This document shows positions 10,102 to 22,266 of a stretch of 57,264 nucleotides of DNA, piece by piece (position 1 is the first letter of the stretch; every line of letters begins with the position of its first letter). Position numbers and translations under genes: made by a program. The stretch lies in contig JBNLEI010000252.1 of NCBI GenBank assembly GCA_050304855.1, positions 1 to 57,264 of the forward strand. Direction: 5' to 3'. The DNA is from Methylococcaceae bacterium. GTDB lineage: Bacteria; Pseudomonadota; Gammaproteobacteria; Methylococcales; Methylomonadaceae. Below the pieces are notes generated by a model, which worked only from the letters and a program-made list of their open reading frames with translations, searched no databases and was not told the origin of the DNA.

Positions 10102-11276
10102 TTGAAAAAACGCTGCAAACGGTCGGTCGGATACAGTTTCATTTCGATCGCTTGTTATTGCTCGTTTGTTTCAGTTTATTGTTGATCGGTTATGTGATGG
10201 TCGCGTCTTCGTCATTGCATTTGGGCGTAAAGATGGCCGGCGACGCCATGCATTACCCGCTGCGACAGCTGATTCACATTATGATGGGTTTGATGGTTGC
10301 AGCCGGCGCGGCGGCCGTTCCGATGAAGATATGGGAAAAAACGGGGTCATGGTTATTTATTGGTGGATTGATTTTACTGGTAGTCGTGTTGATTCCAGGT
10401 GTCGGCGTTAAAGTCAACGGCAGCGTGCGCTGGCTCTCAATAGCAGGTTTGCGTATACAGGTGTCGGAAGTTGTGAAGTTTATTTCGGTTATTTATATGG
10501 CTGGTTATGTCATCAGGCATCAGGAAGATGTCAGACAGTCCGCATATGGCTTGTTAAGACCGCTGTTACTGTTTTCCATTGCCTGCGGACTGTTGTTGAG
10601 GGAGCCTGATTTCGGCTCTGCAGTGGTTATTCTGACCATTGCCATGGGCATGATGTACTTGGGCGGCGCACGAATTCAGCAGTTTTTGATTTTGCTCGCT
10701 CTGGTTGCTGTATTGGCGGGTTTACTGGTTTGGGTATCGCCATACCGGGTTGCCAGGGTGACGGCATTTATCAACCCCTGGGCCGATGCGCAACGGACGG
10801 GCTTTCAATTAGTGCAGGCATTGATCTCGTTCGGCCGCGGTGATGTGTTCGGCGTCGGGTTGGGTAACGGTATTCAGAAATTGTTTTACCTTCCCGAGGC
10901 ACACACGGATTTTCTATTTTCGGTTTTAGCGGAAGAGTTAGGGTTGTTCGGCGTGCTTTTGGTTATCGGCTTATTTACATTTTTGTTGTGGCGGTCATTT
11001 CAGATTGGTGAGAAAGCCGAGCAGGCAGGACTGGTTTTTGCAGCCTATGTCGCTTATGGTCTGGGAATATGGTTCGGGTTTCAATCATTTGTCAATATGG
11101 GCGTTAATATGGGGATTTTGCCGACAAAGGGATTGACATTGCCATTCATGAGTTATGGTGGAGGCAGCATGATTATCATGTGTGCCGCTATAGGCGTGTT
11201 GTTTAGGGTTAACAACGAAGCTGCCGAGCAATTGAAAAATCAAGCCAAAGGAAAGCGGGAATGGGCAAACACGTAG
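10098..11276 (+). CDS. ftsW: SEDS peptidoglycan polymerase FtsW
   Basis: Multiple TM helices; VNGSVRW, EPDFG, YLPEAHTDF, LPTKGLTLPFMSYGG. Confidence 0.96.
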   Translation: MIEKTLQTVGRIQFHFDRLLLLVCFSLLLIGYVMVASSSLHLGVKMAGDAMHYPLRQLIHIMMGLMVAAGAAAVPMKIWEKTGSWLFIGGLILLVVVLIPGVGVKVNGSVRWLSIAGLRIQVSEVVKFISVIYMAGYVIRHQEDVRQSAYGLLRPLLLFSIACGLLLREPDFGSAVVILTIAMGMMYLGGARIQQFLILLALVAVLAGLLVWVSPYRVARVTAFINPWADAQRTGFQLVQALISFGRGDVFGVGLGNGIQKLFYLPEAHTDFLFSVLAEELGLFGVLLVIGLFTFLLWRSFQIGEKAEQAGLVFAAYVAYGLGIWFGFQSFVNMGVNMGILPTKGLTLPFMSYGGGSMIIMCAAIGVLFRVNNEAAEQLKNQAKGKREWANT

Positions 11277-12322
11277 TGATTATGGCAGGAGGTACGGGCG
11301 GACATGTGTTTCCGGCCTTGGCTGTCGCCCAGGAATTAATGGAACGTGGTTGGTCGGTTAGCTGGCTAGGTACGCGAAAAGGTATCGAAAGCCGGGTAGT
11401 GCCCGAGAGCGGAATCGATATTGATTGGCTATCGGTTGAAGGCATCAGAGGAAAAGGAGTGTTCAGTAAATTGGGCGCAGTGTTAAGGCTAATGAAAGCC
11501 TGCGCCGAGGCTTTGATGATTTTACGCAGGCGTCGGCCCAACGTTGCATTGGGAATGGGCGGCTTCGTCGCCGCTCCCGGCGGTTTAATGTGCAAGCTCA
11601 TGGGAATTCCGCTACTGATTCATGAACAAAATAGAGTCCCGGGAACCACTAACCGATTGTTGATAGCGCTGGCTAAAAAAGTTTTGGAAGCATTCCCGGG
11701 TAGTTTTGCCAAAGAAGTCAACGCGTTGTGTACTGGCAATCCGTTGAGAAAGGCGTTTTTGAGATTATCCAAAAAACCGATATGGAAAGCCGATTCTCAA
11801 CGGCCTCTGCGGGTGTTGGTCGTGGGCGGGAGTCAAGGCGCGCAAGTGTTAAACGAGATCATTCCGTCCGCATTGGCGCAATTTGAAAATATCGAAGTCA
11901 GACACCAAACCGGCAAAGTGATGTACGAAACTGTAAATCAACACTACAACGCTTTGGGCGTAAAGGCACAGACGCAAGCTTTTATCGACGAAATGGCATC
12001 CGCCTATCAATGGGCTGACTTGATCATCTGTCGGGCCGGGGCCATGACCGTGAGCGAAGTCGCCGCGGCTGGACTGGCGGCGCTGTTCATTCCGTTACCA
12101 CATGCAATCGATGATCATCAGACTGCTAACGCCCGTTATTTGACGGATGCCGGAGCGGGCATATTATTGCCTCAAAATGAGTTGAATGAAAAAACGTTAA
12201 AGAAATCGTTGGAAAAAATGATTGCCGAGCTGCCGAAAATGAGTCGGACAGCCAGAAGTATGGCGAGATTGGATGCAACATCAACCGTTGCGAATTTATG
12301 TATAGCAGAGGCGGTGTTATGA
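11261..12322 (+). CDS. murG: GlcNAc transferase MurG
   Basis: [44 protein letters not shown]. Confidence 0.97.
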   Translation: MGKHVVIMAGGTGGHVFPALAVAQELMERGWSVSWLGTRKGIESRVVPESGIDIDWLSVEGIRGKGVFSKLGAVLRLMKACAEALMILRRRRPNVALGMGGFVAAPGGLMCKLMGIPLLIHEQNRVPGTTNRLLIALAKKVLEAFPGSFAKEVNALCTGNPLRKAFLRLSKKPIWKADSQRPLRVLVVGGSQGAQVLNEIIPSALAQFENIEVRHQTGKVMYETVNQHYNALGVKAQTQAFIDEMASAYQWADLIICRAGAMTVSEVAAAGLAALFIPLPHAIDDHQTANARYLTDAGAGILLPQNELNEKTLKKSLEKMIAELPKMSRTARSMARLDATSTVANLCIAEAVL

Positions 12323-13752
12323 ATAGGCCGGATTTGCACCCTGCTCAGGTTTTGGGAAATATTGACAGGATCCATTTCGTCGGTGTGGGCGGTACCGGGA
12401 TGTGCGGTATTGCCGAAGTGTTATCCAATCTTGGTTATCGAGTATCGGGTTCCGACATTAAAGAAAGTCCGGTTACCCGCAGATTGCAAGATATGGGAGT
12501 GCAAGTTTTTTACGGGCATAGCGAAAACAACATCGCTGAGGCCGATGTGGTCGTAACCTCGACGGCTGTGAATCGGGAAAACCCGGAAGTCAAAGGCGCT
12601 TACGAGCGTAGAATTCCGGTTATTCCACGTGCTGAAATGTTGGCTGAATTAATGCGGTTTCGCTTCGGGATTGCGGTTGCGGGTACTCACGGGAAAACGA
12701 CAACAACCAGTCTGACAGCAAGCATGCTGGCCGAAGGTGGTTTGGATCCGACATTTGTAATCGGGGGAAGACTCAATAGCGCCGGTGCAAACGCCAAACT
12801 GGGACTTGGTAAATACCTTGTCGCAGAAGCCGATGAAAGCGATGCTTCTTTCTTGTATTTGCAACCGATGATGGCGGTGGTGACCAATATTGATCAGGAT
12901 CATATGGAAACCTACGGCGGCAGCTATCAACGTCTGCAAGAAACATTTATTGAGTTTCTTCATCATCTCCCGTTTTACGGTTTGGCGGTATTGTGCATGG
13001 ACGATGCGGGGGTCAGAGAGATATTGCCCCAGTTATCGAAACCGATGAAAACCTATGGTGTTCATAAGGAGGCCGACGTCCGTGCCGTCGATATCGAACA
13101 GAAAGGCATGCAAACACGTTATACCGTCTTGCGTTGGGACGGTCATGCACCATTGCAGGTGACGTTGAATATGCCGGGGTGGCATAACATGTTGAACTCC
13201 TTAGCGGCGATTACTATCGCGACCAGTCTGGGTATTGACGATCAGGACATCGTCAACAGTCTGAGTGAATTCAAAGGAATCGGCAGACGCTTTCAAATTA
13301 ACGGTGATATCGATTTTGCCGGCGGCAAACTGACGCTGGTGGACGATTACGGTCATCATCCGAGAGAGTTGGCGGCAACGCTGGAGGCTTTGCGTCAGGC
13401 TTGGCCCAATAGACGCTCAGTAGTGGTTTTCCAGCCGCACCGTTATACCCGGACTAGGGATTTATTCGAGGAATTTGTCGAGGTGTTATCGACGGTTGAT
13501 GTCTTGGTGCTGTTGGACATTTATCCGGCCGGCGAAGATCCGATCGATGGCGCCGACGGTAAAACCTTATGTCGGGCTATTCGGGTGCGCAGGCAGGTCG
13601 AGCCAGTATTCGTCAAAAACTGGGAGGAATTACCGCAAATATTAGCGGCCATGGTACGCAAGGATGACGTGATATTGACCTTGGGAGCCGGGAATGTCGG
13701 GCAATTGGCGGCGGAGCTGCCACAAAAACTGGCGGAGGCTTTAGTCGGATGA
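12319..13752 (+). CDS. murC: UDP-MurNAc:L-Ala ligase MurC
   Basis: [36 protein letters not shown]; ATG 12319 overlaps the murG stop. Confidence 0.96.
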   Translation: MNRPDLHPAQVLGNIDRIHFVGVGGTGMCGIAEVLSNLGYRVSGSDIKESPVTRRLQDMGVQVFYGHSENNIAEADVVVTSTAVNRENPEVKGAYERRIPVIPRAEMLAELMRFRFGIAVAGTHGKTTTTSLTASMLAEGGLDPTFVIGGRLNSAGANAKLGLGKYLVAEADESDASFLYLQPMMAVVTNIDQDHMETYGGSYQRLQETFIEFLHHLPFYGLAVLCMDDAGVREILPQLSKPMKTYGVHKEADVRAVDIEQKGMQTRYTVLRWDGHAPLQVTLNMPGWHNMLNSLAAITIATSLGIDDQDIVNSLSEFKGIGRRFQINGDIDFAGGKLTLVDDYGHHPRELAATLEALRQAWPNRRSVVVFQPHRYTRTRDLFEEFVEVLSTVDVLVLLDIYPAGEDPIDGADGKTLCRAIRVRRQVEPVFVKNWEELPQILAAMVRKDDVILTLGAGNVGQLAAELPQKLAEALVG

Positions 13753-14639
13753 ACGCCGTAATGACCTTTAAAGGAAAGCTTTTGAGCAATGAGCCGTTGG
13801 CCAAATATACCAGCTGGCGGGTCGGCGGACCGGCGGAAAGAATGTATTTTCCGGAAAATAAACAAGATTTGATCGACTTTATCCGTGCCCTACCGGAGCA
13901 GGAAAAAGTTTTCTGGCTCGGGCTCGGCAGTAACCTGTTGGTCAGAGATGGCGGAATTCGGGGAACGGTGATCAATACCCGCGGGCGTTTGAAGGAAATG
14001 TATTTGATTGATACAGCCAAGCTATATGTCGAAGTGGGTGTGCCTTGTGCTCATGTGGCCAGATATTGTAGTGATCTGGGATTGACCGGGGCTGAATTTC
14101 TGGCCGGGATTCCAGGAACGATGGGCGGAGCATTGAAAATGAATGCTGGTGCTTTCGGAGGCGAGACCTGGAACATCGTCGATACGGTAGAAATGATTAG
14201 CCGTCAAGGAGAGGTTTGCAAGCGCAATAAAACCGAGTTTGATGTGACTTACCGCTCCGTTAAGGGGATTAAGAACGAGTGGTTTCTGTCGGTGGAGTTA
14301 GTGTTAGCAAAAGGGGAGTCGGTGTTGAGTCAACAAAAAATCAAAAATTTGTTGGAACAAAGAGCATCGACCCAACCGACCAACAAGCCGACCTGCGGTT
14401 CGGTTTTTAAAAATCCGCAAGGCGATTATGCTGCGCGGTTGATCGAGTCCTGCGGTTTGAAAGGTTATTGTGTGGGGGGAGCCTGTATTTCGGAAAAACA
14501 CGCCAACTTTATTGAAAATTGCGGAGATGCGACTTCAGCGGATATAGAAGAGCTTATCAGCTTTATACAAACGCAGGTTGAGGAAAAACACGGTATCCAT
14601 CTACAAGCTGAAGTTTGTATGGTTGGGGATGCGTCATGA
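13749..14639 (+). CDS. murB: UDP-N-acetylenolpyruvoylglucosamine reductase MurB
   Basis: [45 protein letters not shown]. Confidence 0.96.
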   Translation: MNAVMTFKGKLLSNEPLAKYTSWRVGGPAERMYFPENKQDLIDFIRALPEQEKVFWLGLGSNLLVRDGGIRGTVINTRGRLKEMYLIDTAKLYVEVGVPCAHVARYCSDLGLTGAEFLAGIPGTMGGALKMNAGAFGGETWNIVDTVEMISRQGEVCKRNKTEFDVTYRSVKGIKNEWFLSVELVLAKGESVLSQQKIKNLLEQRASTQPTNKPTCGSVFKNPQGDYAARLIESCGLKGYCVGGACISEKHANFIENCGDATSADIEELISFIQTQVEEKHGIHLQAEVCMVGDAS

Positions 14640-15571
14640 AGCCGTTACGGATTGATAATGCGCTAGATTTTGGGACGGTTGCTGTGATGATGGGAGGATC
14701 CGCAGCGGAAAGAGAAGTTTCCCTTAAGAGCGGTTCTGCTGTTTTTGCTGCGTTGCAGCGGAAAGGAGTCAATGCATTGGCCATCGATGTCAAGGATAGC
14801 CCGATAAGCGCTTTGGCGGGAAAGAAAATAGACCGTGTATTCAATATCATCCACGGTCGAGGTGGAGAAGATGGCGTTTTGCAGTCCGTATTGGAACTGA
14901 TGCATATCCCTTATACCGGCTCCGGAGTTATGGCATCAGCACTGGCGATGGATAAGCTCAGAACTAAATTATGCTGGTTGGGGATGGGATTGCCGACGCC
15001 AAAATGGTTTTTGCTGCGGACTGAACAGGATATTGACCGGTGTATAAATGCTCTGGGGTTTCCGGTGATAGTCAAGCCTTCGCAGGAAGGTTCAAGTTTA
15101 GGCATGAGTAAGGCGAGCAATAAGGATGAATTGCTACAAGCATTTGAAGTGGCGGCCGGTTATCGTTGTGATGTATATGCGGAGCAATGGGTTCAAGGCC
15201 AAGAATACACCATAGCCGTCCTGGATGGAGAGGCTTTGCCGGTCATCCGTTTGCAAACGCCGAATGTGTTTTATGACTTCGACGCGAAATATCAAGCTGA
15301 CTCGACCCAATATCATTGCCCTTGCGGTTTGGGAGAAGAGCAGGAAGCGAAGTTGCAGAAATTGGCCGTTGAGGCTTGTGAAGGATTGGCGATAAGGGGT
15401 TGGGCCCGAGTTGATGCCTTTATCGATAGTGCCGAGCGGGTGCAATTGATAGAAGTCAACACGGTACCGGGAATGACGGATCACAGCTTGGTGCCGATGG
15501 CTGCGAAGGCGGCGGGGATTGATTTTGACGAACTGGTGTGGCGGATCCTGGAAACCAGTTTCGATGCCTAA
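14636..15571 (+). CDS. ddl: D-alanine--D-alanine ligase
   Basis: GGSAAEREVSLKSG, HGRGGEDG, EGSSLG, EVNTVPGMT; ATG 14636 overlaps the murB stop. Confidence 0.96.
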   Translation: MKPLRIDNALDFGTVAVMMGGSAAEREVSLKSGSAVFAALQRKGVNALAIDVKDSPISALAGKKIDRVFNIIHGRGGEDGVLQSVLELMHIPYTGSGVMASALAMDKLRTKLCWLGMGLPTPKWFLLRTEQDIDRCINALGFPVIVKPSQEGSSLGMSKASNKDELLQAFEVAAGYRCDVYAEQWVQGQEYTIAVLDGEALPVIRLQTPNVFYDFDAKYQADSTQYHCPCGLGEEQEAKLQKLAVEACEGLAIRGWARVDAFIDSAERVQLIEVNTVPGMTDHSLVPMAAKAAGIDFDELVWRILETSFDA

Positions 15572-16292
15572 TGCGTTTGTTATCAAGATCGGAGTGTTGG
15601 TTTCGTTACTGATTGCCGCATTCAGTTACGGTTGGCGGGAGATAAAAGCACAGGGAGCGGATTTGATGCCGGTCAGATACGTTAGGGTCGAAGGAGCTTT
15701 TCAGTATATTGCCAGGGAAACCATTAAAGAGGTGTTGGACGAACAGGTAATGCATGGATTCTACAACGCAGATTTGCAGCGGATACAGGCTGCGGTAGAG
15801 GCATTGCCTTGGGCGGATGAGGTTGAGGTGCAGCGAATCTGGCCGGATGCGATTAAGGTCAGAATTAGTGAGCAGAGACCGGTGGCCCGTTGGGGAGGGG
15901 ATGGTTTACTGAATGGCCAGGGTGAATTGTTTGTTCCTCATAATATAGAGGAGTTTAAGGATTTGCCGACCGTTACCGGTCCCGAGGGACAACAACGCCG
16001 GTTGCTGGAGGTGATGAAAGGACTAAGCGTCGCCTTGCGGGATAAGGCAATGATGCTGAGAGCTTTTAGCGTCAATGAAAGGAGAGCTTGGAGAGTGGTT
16101 TTGGAGGACGGAATGGTGATTAAGTTGGGTAGAACAACGCCTTTGGAAAATATTCAACGGTTTTTACGAACCGCAGAGATACTGGGATACGAACGAATCG
16201 CGATGATGGCATCGGTGGACTTGAGGTATCCGAACGGCTATGCGGTGACATGGAAGCCGGATGCCGAAGAAATAGATTGGAAAAAATTGTGA
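15564..16292 (+). CDS. ftsQ: cell division protein FtsQ
   Basis: TM helix plus POTRA domain (LPWA..V.V.R.WPD) and DLRYPNG; lies between ddl and ftsA. Confidence 0.93.
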   Translation: MPNAFVIKIGVLVSLLIAAFSYGWREIKAQGADLMPVRYVRVEGAFQYIARETIKEVLDEQVMHGFYNADLQRIQAAVEALPWADEVEVQRIWPDAIKVRISEQRPVARWGGDGLLNGQGELFVPHNIEEFKDLPTVTGPEGQQRRLLEVMKGLSVALRDKAMMLRAFSVNERRAWRVVLEDGMVIKLGRTTPLENIQRFLRTAEILGYERIAMMASVDLRYPNGYAVTWKPDAEEIDWKKL

Positions 16293-16335
16293 ATACAAAT
16301 GGCCGAATTGGGCATAACGCTTACAGAGCATAAAA

Positions 16336-17559
16336 ATGGCTAAAAAGACAGATCGTAATTTATTGGTTGGATTGGATATCGGTACATCCAAGGTTGCCGC
16401 TGTGGTTGGCGAATTTAGTGGCAACGAATTGGAAGTGGTGGGCATTGGTATTGCTCCGTCTAAAGGGTTGAAAAAAGGGGTGGTTGTCAATCTCGAGTCT
16501 ACCGTGCATTCGATTCAACGCGCTGTGGAGGAAGCCGAATTGATGGCGGGTTGTCACATCAAGTCGGTGTTTGCAGGCATTGCCGGCAGCCATATAAAAA
16601 GCCTGAATTCGCACGGTATCGTCGCGATCAAGGATAAGGAAGTCACACAATACGACATCGATCGCGTGATCGACTCGGCCAGAGCCGTCGCCATTCCTGC
16701 CGACCAGAAAATCCTGCATATATTACCGCAGGAATTTGTGATCGATCAGCAGGACGGAATCAAGGAGCCTATCGGTATGTCGGGTATCCGGTTGGAAGCT
16801 AAAGTTCATATGGTGACCGGTAGTGTGAGTGCGGCCCAGAATATTATTAAGTGTATTCGCCGTTGCGGTCTGGAGGTTGACGATATTGTGTTGGAGCAAT
16901 TGGCTTCATGTACTTCGGTGTTAACGGATGACGAAAAGGATTTAGGTGTCTGTTTGATAGATATCGGGGGCGGTACGACCGATATCGCCATCTTCTCCGA
17001 AGGGGCAATTAAACATACGGCGGTCATTCCGATTGCAGGAGATCAAGTGACCAACGATATTGCCGTAGCATTAAGAACGCCGACGAAAAATGCCGAAGAG
17101 ATAAAGAAAAATTATGCTTGCGCATTGACGCAATTGGCTGATGCGCAGCAAGCAATCGATGTTCCCAGTATCGGGGACAGGGAGCCGAGGAAGATTTCCG
17201 CTCAGAATTTGGCGGAGATTATTGAGCCGCGCTATGAAGAGCTGATGTTGCTGGTGCAGGCGGAGCTTCGCCGTAGCGGTTACGAAGATTTGATTGCAGC
17301 CGGTATGGTTCTGACCGGCGGTAGTTCAAAAGTAAAAGGATTGGTGGAATTGGCGGAGGAAATTTTTCATATGCCGGTTCGAATGGGGGTACCGCAGCAT
17401 GTCTCGGGACTGACTGATGTGGTGCAAAATCCGATTTTTTCTACCGGAGTAGGATTGTTGTTGTATGGAAAAGAGCACCAGGGAAGAGCCGAAGGGCTGA
17501 GTGATGAGGGCTCCGGTCTGTTGGCGAAAATGAAAAACTGGTTTCAGGGTAATTTTTAG
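16336..17559 (+). CDS. ftsA: cell division protein FtsA
   Basis: VGLDIGTSKV, IDIGGGTTD, VLTGGSS, C-terminal amphipathic KMKNWFQGNF. Confidence 0.97.
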   Translation: MAKKTDRNLLVGLDIGTSKVAAVVGEFSGNELEVVGIGIAPSKGLKKGVVVNLESTVHSIQRAVEEAELMAGCHIKSVFAGIAGSHIKSLNSHGIVAIKDKEVTQYDIDRVIDSARAVAIPADQKILHILPQEFVIDQQDGIKEPIGMSGIRLEAKVHMVTGSVSAAQNIIKCIRRCGLEVDDIVLEQLASCTSVLTDDEKDLGVCLIDIGGGTTDIAIFSEGAIKHTAVIPIAGDQVTNDIAVALRTPTKNAEEIKKNYACALTQLADAQQAIDVPSIGDREPRKISAQNLAEIIEPRYEELMLLVQAELRRSGYEDLIAAGMVLTGGSSKVKGLVELAEEIFHMPVRMGVPQHVSGLTDVVQNPIFSTGVGLLLYGKEHQGRAEGLSDEGSGLLAKMKNWFQGNF

Positions 17560-17585
17560 AATTCAAAGTGTTAGAGGGTATTGCA

Positions 17586-18740
17586 ATGAAATATGAATTG
17601 ATGGATATGTGTAGTGAAAATGCCGTCATTAAAGTCATCGGTGTCGGTGGCGGTGGTGGTAATGCCGTAGATCATATGGTGGAGGGTAGTATCGATGGTG
17701 TGCATTTTATTTGCGCCAATACCGATGCTCAGGCTCTACGAAGCCTGAATGTTGCGACCAAAATTCAGTTAGGTGTCGAACTGACCAAGGGGCTAGGAGC
17801 CGGGACAAGACCGGAAATAGGCCGGCAGGCAGCGGAAGAAAACAGGGACCGAATCAAGGAAGAAATAGAAGGTTCTGACATGATCTTTCTGACCGCGGGA
17901 ATGGGCGGCGGTACGGGTACCGGGGCTATTTCAGTGATTGCCGAGGTGGCGAGGGAAATGGGCATTTTAACGGTTGCGGTCGTGACTAAACCGTTCGAAT
18001 TTGAAGGTAAAAAGAAAAAAGCGGTCGCCGAAGCAGGCATTAAAGAGCTGGAAAAACATGTCGATTCTTTGATTATCATTCCTAATCAAAAATTGTTGCC
18101 AGTGTTGGGGAATAACTTGTCTCTGACCAATGCGTTCAAGGCAGCCAATGACGTGCTGCTGGACGCGGTGCAAGGGATTACTGAACTGATTACTCACCCC
18201 GGTTTGATCAACGTCGACTTTGCCGATGTGAAAACCGTTATGAGTAATATGGGAACCGCTATTATGGGTTCCGGTATCGCAACGGGCGATAATCGCGCCA
18301 GAGAAGCGGCCGAAAAAGCGATTGCCTGTCCGCTACTGGAAGACATTAGTTTGCAAGGAGCTAAGGGTATTCTAGTGAATATCACAGCGGCTGAAATGGA
18401 TTTGACCGAATTCGACGAAATTGGCAGCATCATGCACACTTTCGCTTCGGAAGACGCCGACATGAAAATCGGAACAGCGATTAACCCAGAGATGGGCGAT
18501 GCTATCAAAGTTACCGTGGTTGCTACCGGAATGGGCGAGAAAGCAGTGGCCTCGGCTCCGGTCAAATTAGTGCAGAAAGCGGCAACCGGCGAGCTCAATT
18601 ACGATGTTTTGGATAAGCCGACAGTGATTCGTAAAAACAGACCGGAAGCCCGTGAAACCCGTTTTGGTGCGCAGCCGAAAAACGATATGGATCTGGATTA
18701 CCTGGATGTACCAGCTTTTTTAAGACGTCAGGCCGATTGA
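17586..18740 (+). CDS. ftsZ: cell division protein FtsZ
   Basis: VIGVGGGGGNAV, GGGTGTG tubulin signature, C-terminal DVPAFLRRQAD. Confidence 0.98.
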   Translation: MKYELMDMCSENAVIKVIGVGGGGGNAVDHMVEGSIDGVHFICANTDAQALRSLNVATKIQLGVELTKGLGAGTRPEIGRQAAEENRDRIKEEIEGSDMIFLTAGMGGGTGTGAISVIAEVAREMGILTVAVVTKPFEFEGKKKKAVAEAGIKELEKHVDSLIIIPNQKLLPVLGNNLSLTNAFKAANDVLLDAVQGITELITHPGLINVDFADVKTVMSNMGTAIMGSGIATGDNRAREAAEKAIACPLLEDISLQGAKGILVNITAAEMDLTEFDEIGSIMHTFASEDADMKIGTAINPEMGDAIKVTVVATGMGEKAVASAPVKLVQKAATGELNYDVLDKPTVIRKNRPEARETRFGAQPKNDMDLDYLDVPAFLRRQAD

Positions 18741-18819
18741 TTTGATTGCTGTTCGTTGGCGGAGTTGAAAAACAGAATTGTGATAGAATAGCGCTTTTGT
18801 CTTAAAAGCTGCACTTGAT

Positions 18820-19746
18820 ATGATAAAACAGCGCACATTGAAAAACACGATACGGGCTACCGGCGTCGGACTTCATACTGGAGATAAGGTCTATTTGACC
18901 TTGCATCCGGCTGAACCGAATACCGGTATCCGTTTTCGCCGAGTTGATTTGGCCGAGCCGGTCATAATAAAGGCCAAACCGGAAAATGTCGGTGAAACCA
19001 TGTTGTCAACAACGTTGGTCGAGAATGGCGTCAAAGTTGCCACGGTCGAGCATCTGCTCTCCGCATTAGCAGGCTTGGGTATCGATAATGCCATTATCGA
19101 TGTTAGTGCGGCGGAAGTGCCGATTATGGATGGCAGTGCAGGACCTTTTGTGTTTTTGCTGCAATCTGCAGGCGTGACAGAGCAAGATAGTCCTAAGCAG
19201 TATATTCGTATTAAAAAATCGATTCGGGTCGATGAGGGCGACAAATGGGCGGCCTTCGAACCATTCGACGGTTTTAAAGTAACTTTTACCATTGATTTCG
19301 AACATCCTGCTTTTTCTGAGCATTTGAAAACAGCGGTGATGGATTTTTCTTCGACCACTTTTGTCAAGGAAGTCAGCCGGGCAAGGACGTTCGGTTTTAT
19401 GAAGGATATCGAGTTTCTACGGGAAAATAATTTGGCATTAGGCGGCAGTTTGGATAATGCGATTGTTGTCGATGACGATAAGGTCCTTAATGAAGACGGT
19501 TTGCGTTATGCCGACGAATTCGTCAAACATAAAATCCTTGATGCCATCGGCGATTTGTATTTGCTTGGGTATAGCCTTATAGGTGAATTCAAGGGATTCA
19601 AGTCGGGGCATGCTTTAAATAACAAATTATTGTTGGCTTTGTTAAAAGACAAAGATGCCTGGGAAATGGTGACCTTTGAAAACGATGAGGATGCCCCTAT
19701 CTCCTTTATGCGTTCCGCACAGACCCCTATTCCTCCCGTAAGCTGA
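18820..19746 (+). CDS. lpxC: UDP-3-O-acyl-GlcNAc deacetylase LpxC
   Basis: [36 protein letters not shown]; extended -10 TGATAGAAT at 18781-18789. Confidence 0.97.
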   Translation: MIKQRTLKNTIRATGVGLHTGDKVYLTLHPAEPNTGIRFRRVDLAEPVIIKAKPENVGETMLSTTLVENGVKVATVEHLLSALAGLGIDNAIIDVSAAEVPIMDGSAGPFVFLLQSAGVTEQDSPKQYIRIKKSIRVDEGDKWAAFEPFDGFKVTFTIDFEHPAFSEHLKTAVMDFSSTTFVKEVSRARTFGFMKDIEFLRENNLALGGSLDNAIVVDDDKVLNEDGLRYADEFVKHKILDAIGDLYLLGYSLIGEFKGFKSGHALNNKLLLALLKDKDAWEMVTFENDEDAPISFMRSAQTPIPPVS

Positions 19747-19766
19747 TGTTTTGTTGTAGCGGGCCG

Positions 19767-20228
19767 TCACTTCAGCTTCGTAACTGACAGCCGCTGCAAC
19801 GTTTCGCTTAACCGCAAAAGCGCCTGATTCAACTTTGCGTCCGTTTCTTTGAGTGCTTGCTGACGGACCATTTCTATATTTTCCCGACACGGTATTTTTG
19901 CTCGAGTTTGCCGTACTTTTTCCTCTGAGGCCGGAATCAGTTTGACTTGCAGGCTATCGATAACCGGTTCGGCTTTATCCTTTAAGAAACTGATAATATG
20001 AGATTGATAAAAGCGTAGTTGAGTTGACCAGGCGGCGGAGTCGGTATAAAGCAGAATTTTTTTTCCGGATAAGACGCAATAAAGGGTGTGCTCGGCCAAA
20101 TCTGCCGGCAAAATAGACTTGACTGACGCCAATAGCTGTTGCTGCTGGTTAATTTTTTGTTGATAAATAGCGAACAATTGCGCCGGATAATTGTGTATTG
20201 GCTTGAATGATCGGGATTTGTCAACCAT
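19767..20228 (-). CDS. dciA: DciA (DUF721) family replicative helicase loader
   Basis: Convergent with lpxC as usual; SAAWSTQLRF motif and C-terminal L..AL.RL helix. Confidence 0.8.
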   Translation of the reverse strand: MVDKSRSFKPIHNYPAQLFAIYQQKINQQQQLLASVKSILPADLAEHTLYCVLSGKKILLYTDSAAWSTQLRFYQSHIISFLKDKAEPVIDSLQVKLIPASEEKVRQTRAKIPCRENIEMVRQQALKETDAKLNQALLRLSETLQRLSVTKLK

Positions 20229-20486
20229 AAATCAGTACCTTAGAGGGGGCGATTGGCGGCTCTGTAAAATTATAGTCATTAAATTGCGCTAAACTCAGTT
20301 GACATAGTTTATCAGGGTCCGGTCGACAGAGATATGAAGTTGTTAATGTTCTTATATTAGGAGTAAGATAAATTCAACGGGTATCCAATAACTACGGAAG
20401 AACGCGAACTATCCGGCCATATCTGCTATTTCATACTAACTGTTCATTTTGTTCAGAATTTTTATCTATCGGAGTATAGGGACGAC

Positions 20487-22265
20487 ATGAAACAATTTCT
20501 CGAAAAAGTGCTTGAAACGGCGGAGTATCAGCCTGTCCGATTACTGCAAGTTCTAAGAGCTGTCCAAGACAAGTATCATTATCTTCCGGGACAGGCAATC
20601 GATCTAATTGCCGAAAAGCTGAATATTCCCCGCACCCGGATCATCAGTGTGGCAGAGTTTTACAGTTTTTTTCATTTGCAGCCTCAAGGCCGGTATGAAA
20701 TTTTAATTAGTGATTCTATAACCGACCTAATGCTGGGTAAAGACAATGTTATATCTTATCTTTCCAGAGCTCTGAAAGTTGGGGTGGGTCAGGTTCGTGA
20801 TGACGGCCAAGTCAGTTTAAATAATACTTCCTGTACAGGCATGTGTGATCAGGGGCCTGCCGGGCTAATCAACGGTTTTGCCATACCCCGTTTGGACCGG
20901 CCGCGGATCGACGAAATGGCTGCTTTGATCGAACAAAACGTACCGCTTTCGCAATGGCCAGAAGCATTCTTTTCAGTCGATGACAATATTCATCACCCGG
21001 GCTTGCTGTTGCAACAGGAGATTGAGAAGGGCAGTGCTCTGAAGAAGGCTTTCGAACGAGGACTAACAGAAACGCTCACCGAGCTGGATCAATCGGGTCT
21101 GCGCGGGCGCGGAGGAGCGGGATTCAATACGGCAATGAAGTGGCGTTTCTGTGCCGAAGAAGCAAGTGATCAGCGATTTGTCGTATGCAATGCCGATGAG
21201 GGTGAACCCGGCACCTTCAAAGATAGGGTTTTACTAAACAGCTACGTCCATCAGGTTTTCGAAGGAATGACATTATGCGCCGCCATTATCGGAGCTAATA
21301 AAGGTTATCTATATCTGCGTGGAGAATATCGTCATTTACTGGATAAATTAGAATCCATTCTGCAAATACGGCGTGACTCAGGTTTGTTGGGTAATAATAT
21401 TCTGGATAAAGGTTTTGGCTTCGATATTGAGATTTGTTTGGGCGCCGGAGCTTATATTTGCGGCGAGGAATCTGCTTTAATCGAATCGCTTGAAGGTAAG
21501 CGGGGAATTCCACGTAACCGACCGCCTTATCCTGTTTCGCAGGGTTATTTGAATAAACCGACCGTCGTCAATAACGTCGAAACATTTCTCGCTGCTGCGG
21601 CCATAGCTGTCAAAGGAGGCGCTTGGTTCTATGCTTTCGGAACCGGTAAATCGGCCGGTAGCAAAATATTGAGCATCAGCGGCGATTGTGAGCGGCCCGG
21701 CATTTATGAATATCCGTTTGGAGTGACGATCAAAACCATTTTGCTGGATTGCGGGGCGACTGATGTATTGGGCGTTCAGATCGGAGGGCCATCAGGAACA
21801 TTTATCAGTGACCAAGAGCTGGATCGCAAGCTGGCATTTGAAGATTTGGCTACTGGCGGTTCGTTTATCGTTTTTAATAATAGCCGTAATATTCTCGAGA
21901 TCGTGAAAAATTTCACCGATTTTTTTGCTCATGAGAGCTGCGGATTCTGTACACCTTGTCGGGTCGGCACTTCATTGCTGAAAAAACAACTGGATAAAAT
22001 TGTCGATGGACACGGTTCGGCGGGAGATGTCGTTGCTTTGGAGGAATTGAGTCAGTTAATCAAAAATTACAGCCATTGCGGATTAGGTCAGACAGCTGCA
22101 AATCCATTACTCACGACTTTACAACGGTATCCTGATTTATATCAGAGTCAATTGAAGGCGGTCAGTTATGAGCCCGGGTTTGATCTGGACGGTGCTTTGG
22201 CGACGGCGAGACGTATGGCGAATAGGGATGATGCTGCGGCGCATCTGACACAGGTGGAGGAATAG
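20487..22265 (+). CDS. hoxF: NAD-reducing hydrogenase diaphorase large subunit HoxF (NuoE+NuoF-like)
   Basis: SGLRGRGGAGF, CNADEGEPGTFKD, GAGAYICGEESAL, ESCGFCTPCRVG. Confidence 0.92.
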   Translation: MKQFLEKVLETAEYQPVRLLQVLRAVQDKYHYLPGQAIDLIAEKLNIPRTRIISVAEFYSFFHLQPQGRYEILISDSITDLMLGKDNVISYLSRALKVGVGQVRDDGQVSLNNTSCTGMCDQGPAGLINGFAIPRLDRPRIDEMAALIEQNVPLSQWPEAFFSVDDNIHHPGLLLQQEIEKGSALKKAFERGLTETLTELDQSGLRGRGGAGFNTAMKWRFCAEEASDQRFVVCNADEGEPGTFKDRVLLNSYVHQVFEGMTLCAAIIGANKGYLYLRGEYRHLLDKLESILQIRRDSGLLGNNILDKGFGFDIEICLGAGAYICGEESALIESLEGKRGIPRNRPPYPVSQGYLNKPTVVNNVETFLAAAAIAVKGGAWFYAFGTGKSAGSKILSISGDCERPGIYEYPFGVTIKTILLDCGATDVLGVQIGGPSGTFISDQELDRKLAFEDLATGGSFIVFNNSRNILEIVKNFTDFFAHESCGFCTPCRVGTSLLKKQLDKIVDGHGSAGDVVALEELSQLIKNYSHCGLGQTAANPLLTTLQRYPDLYQSQLKAVSYEPGFDLDGALATARRMANRDDAAAHLTQVEE

Positions 22266-22266
22266 C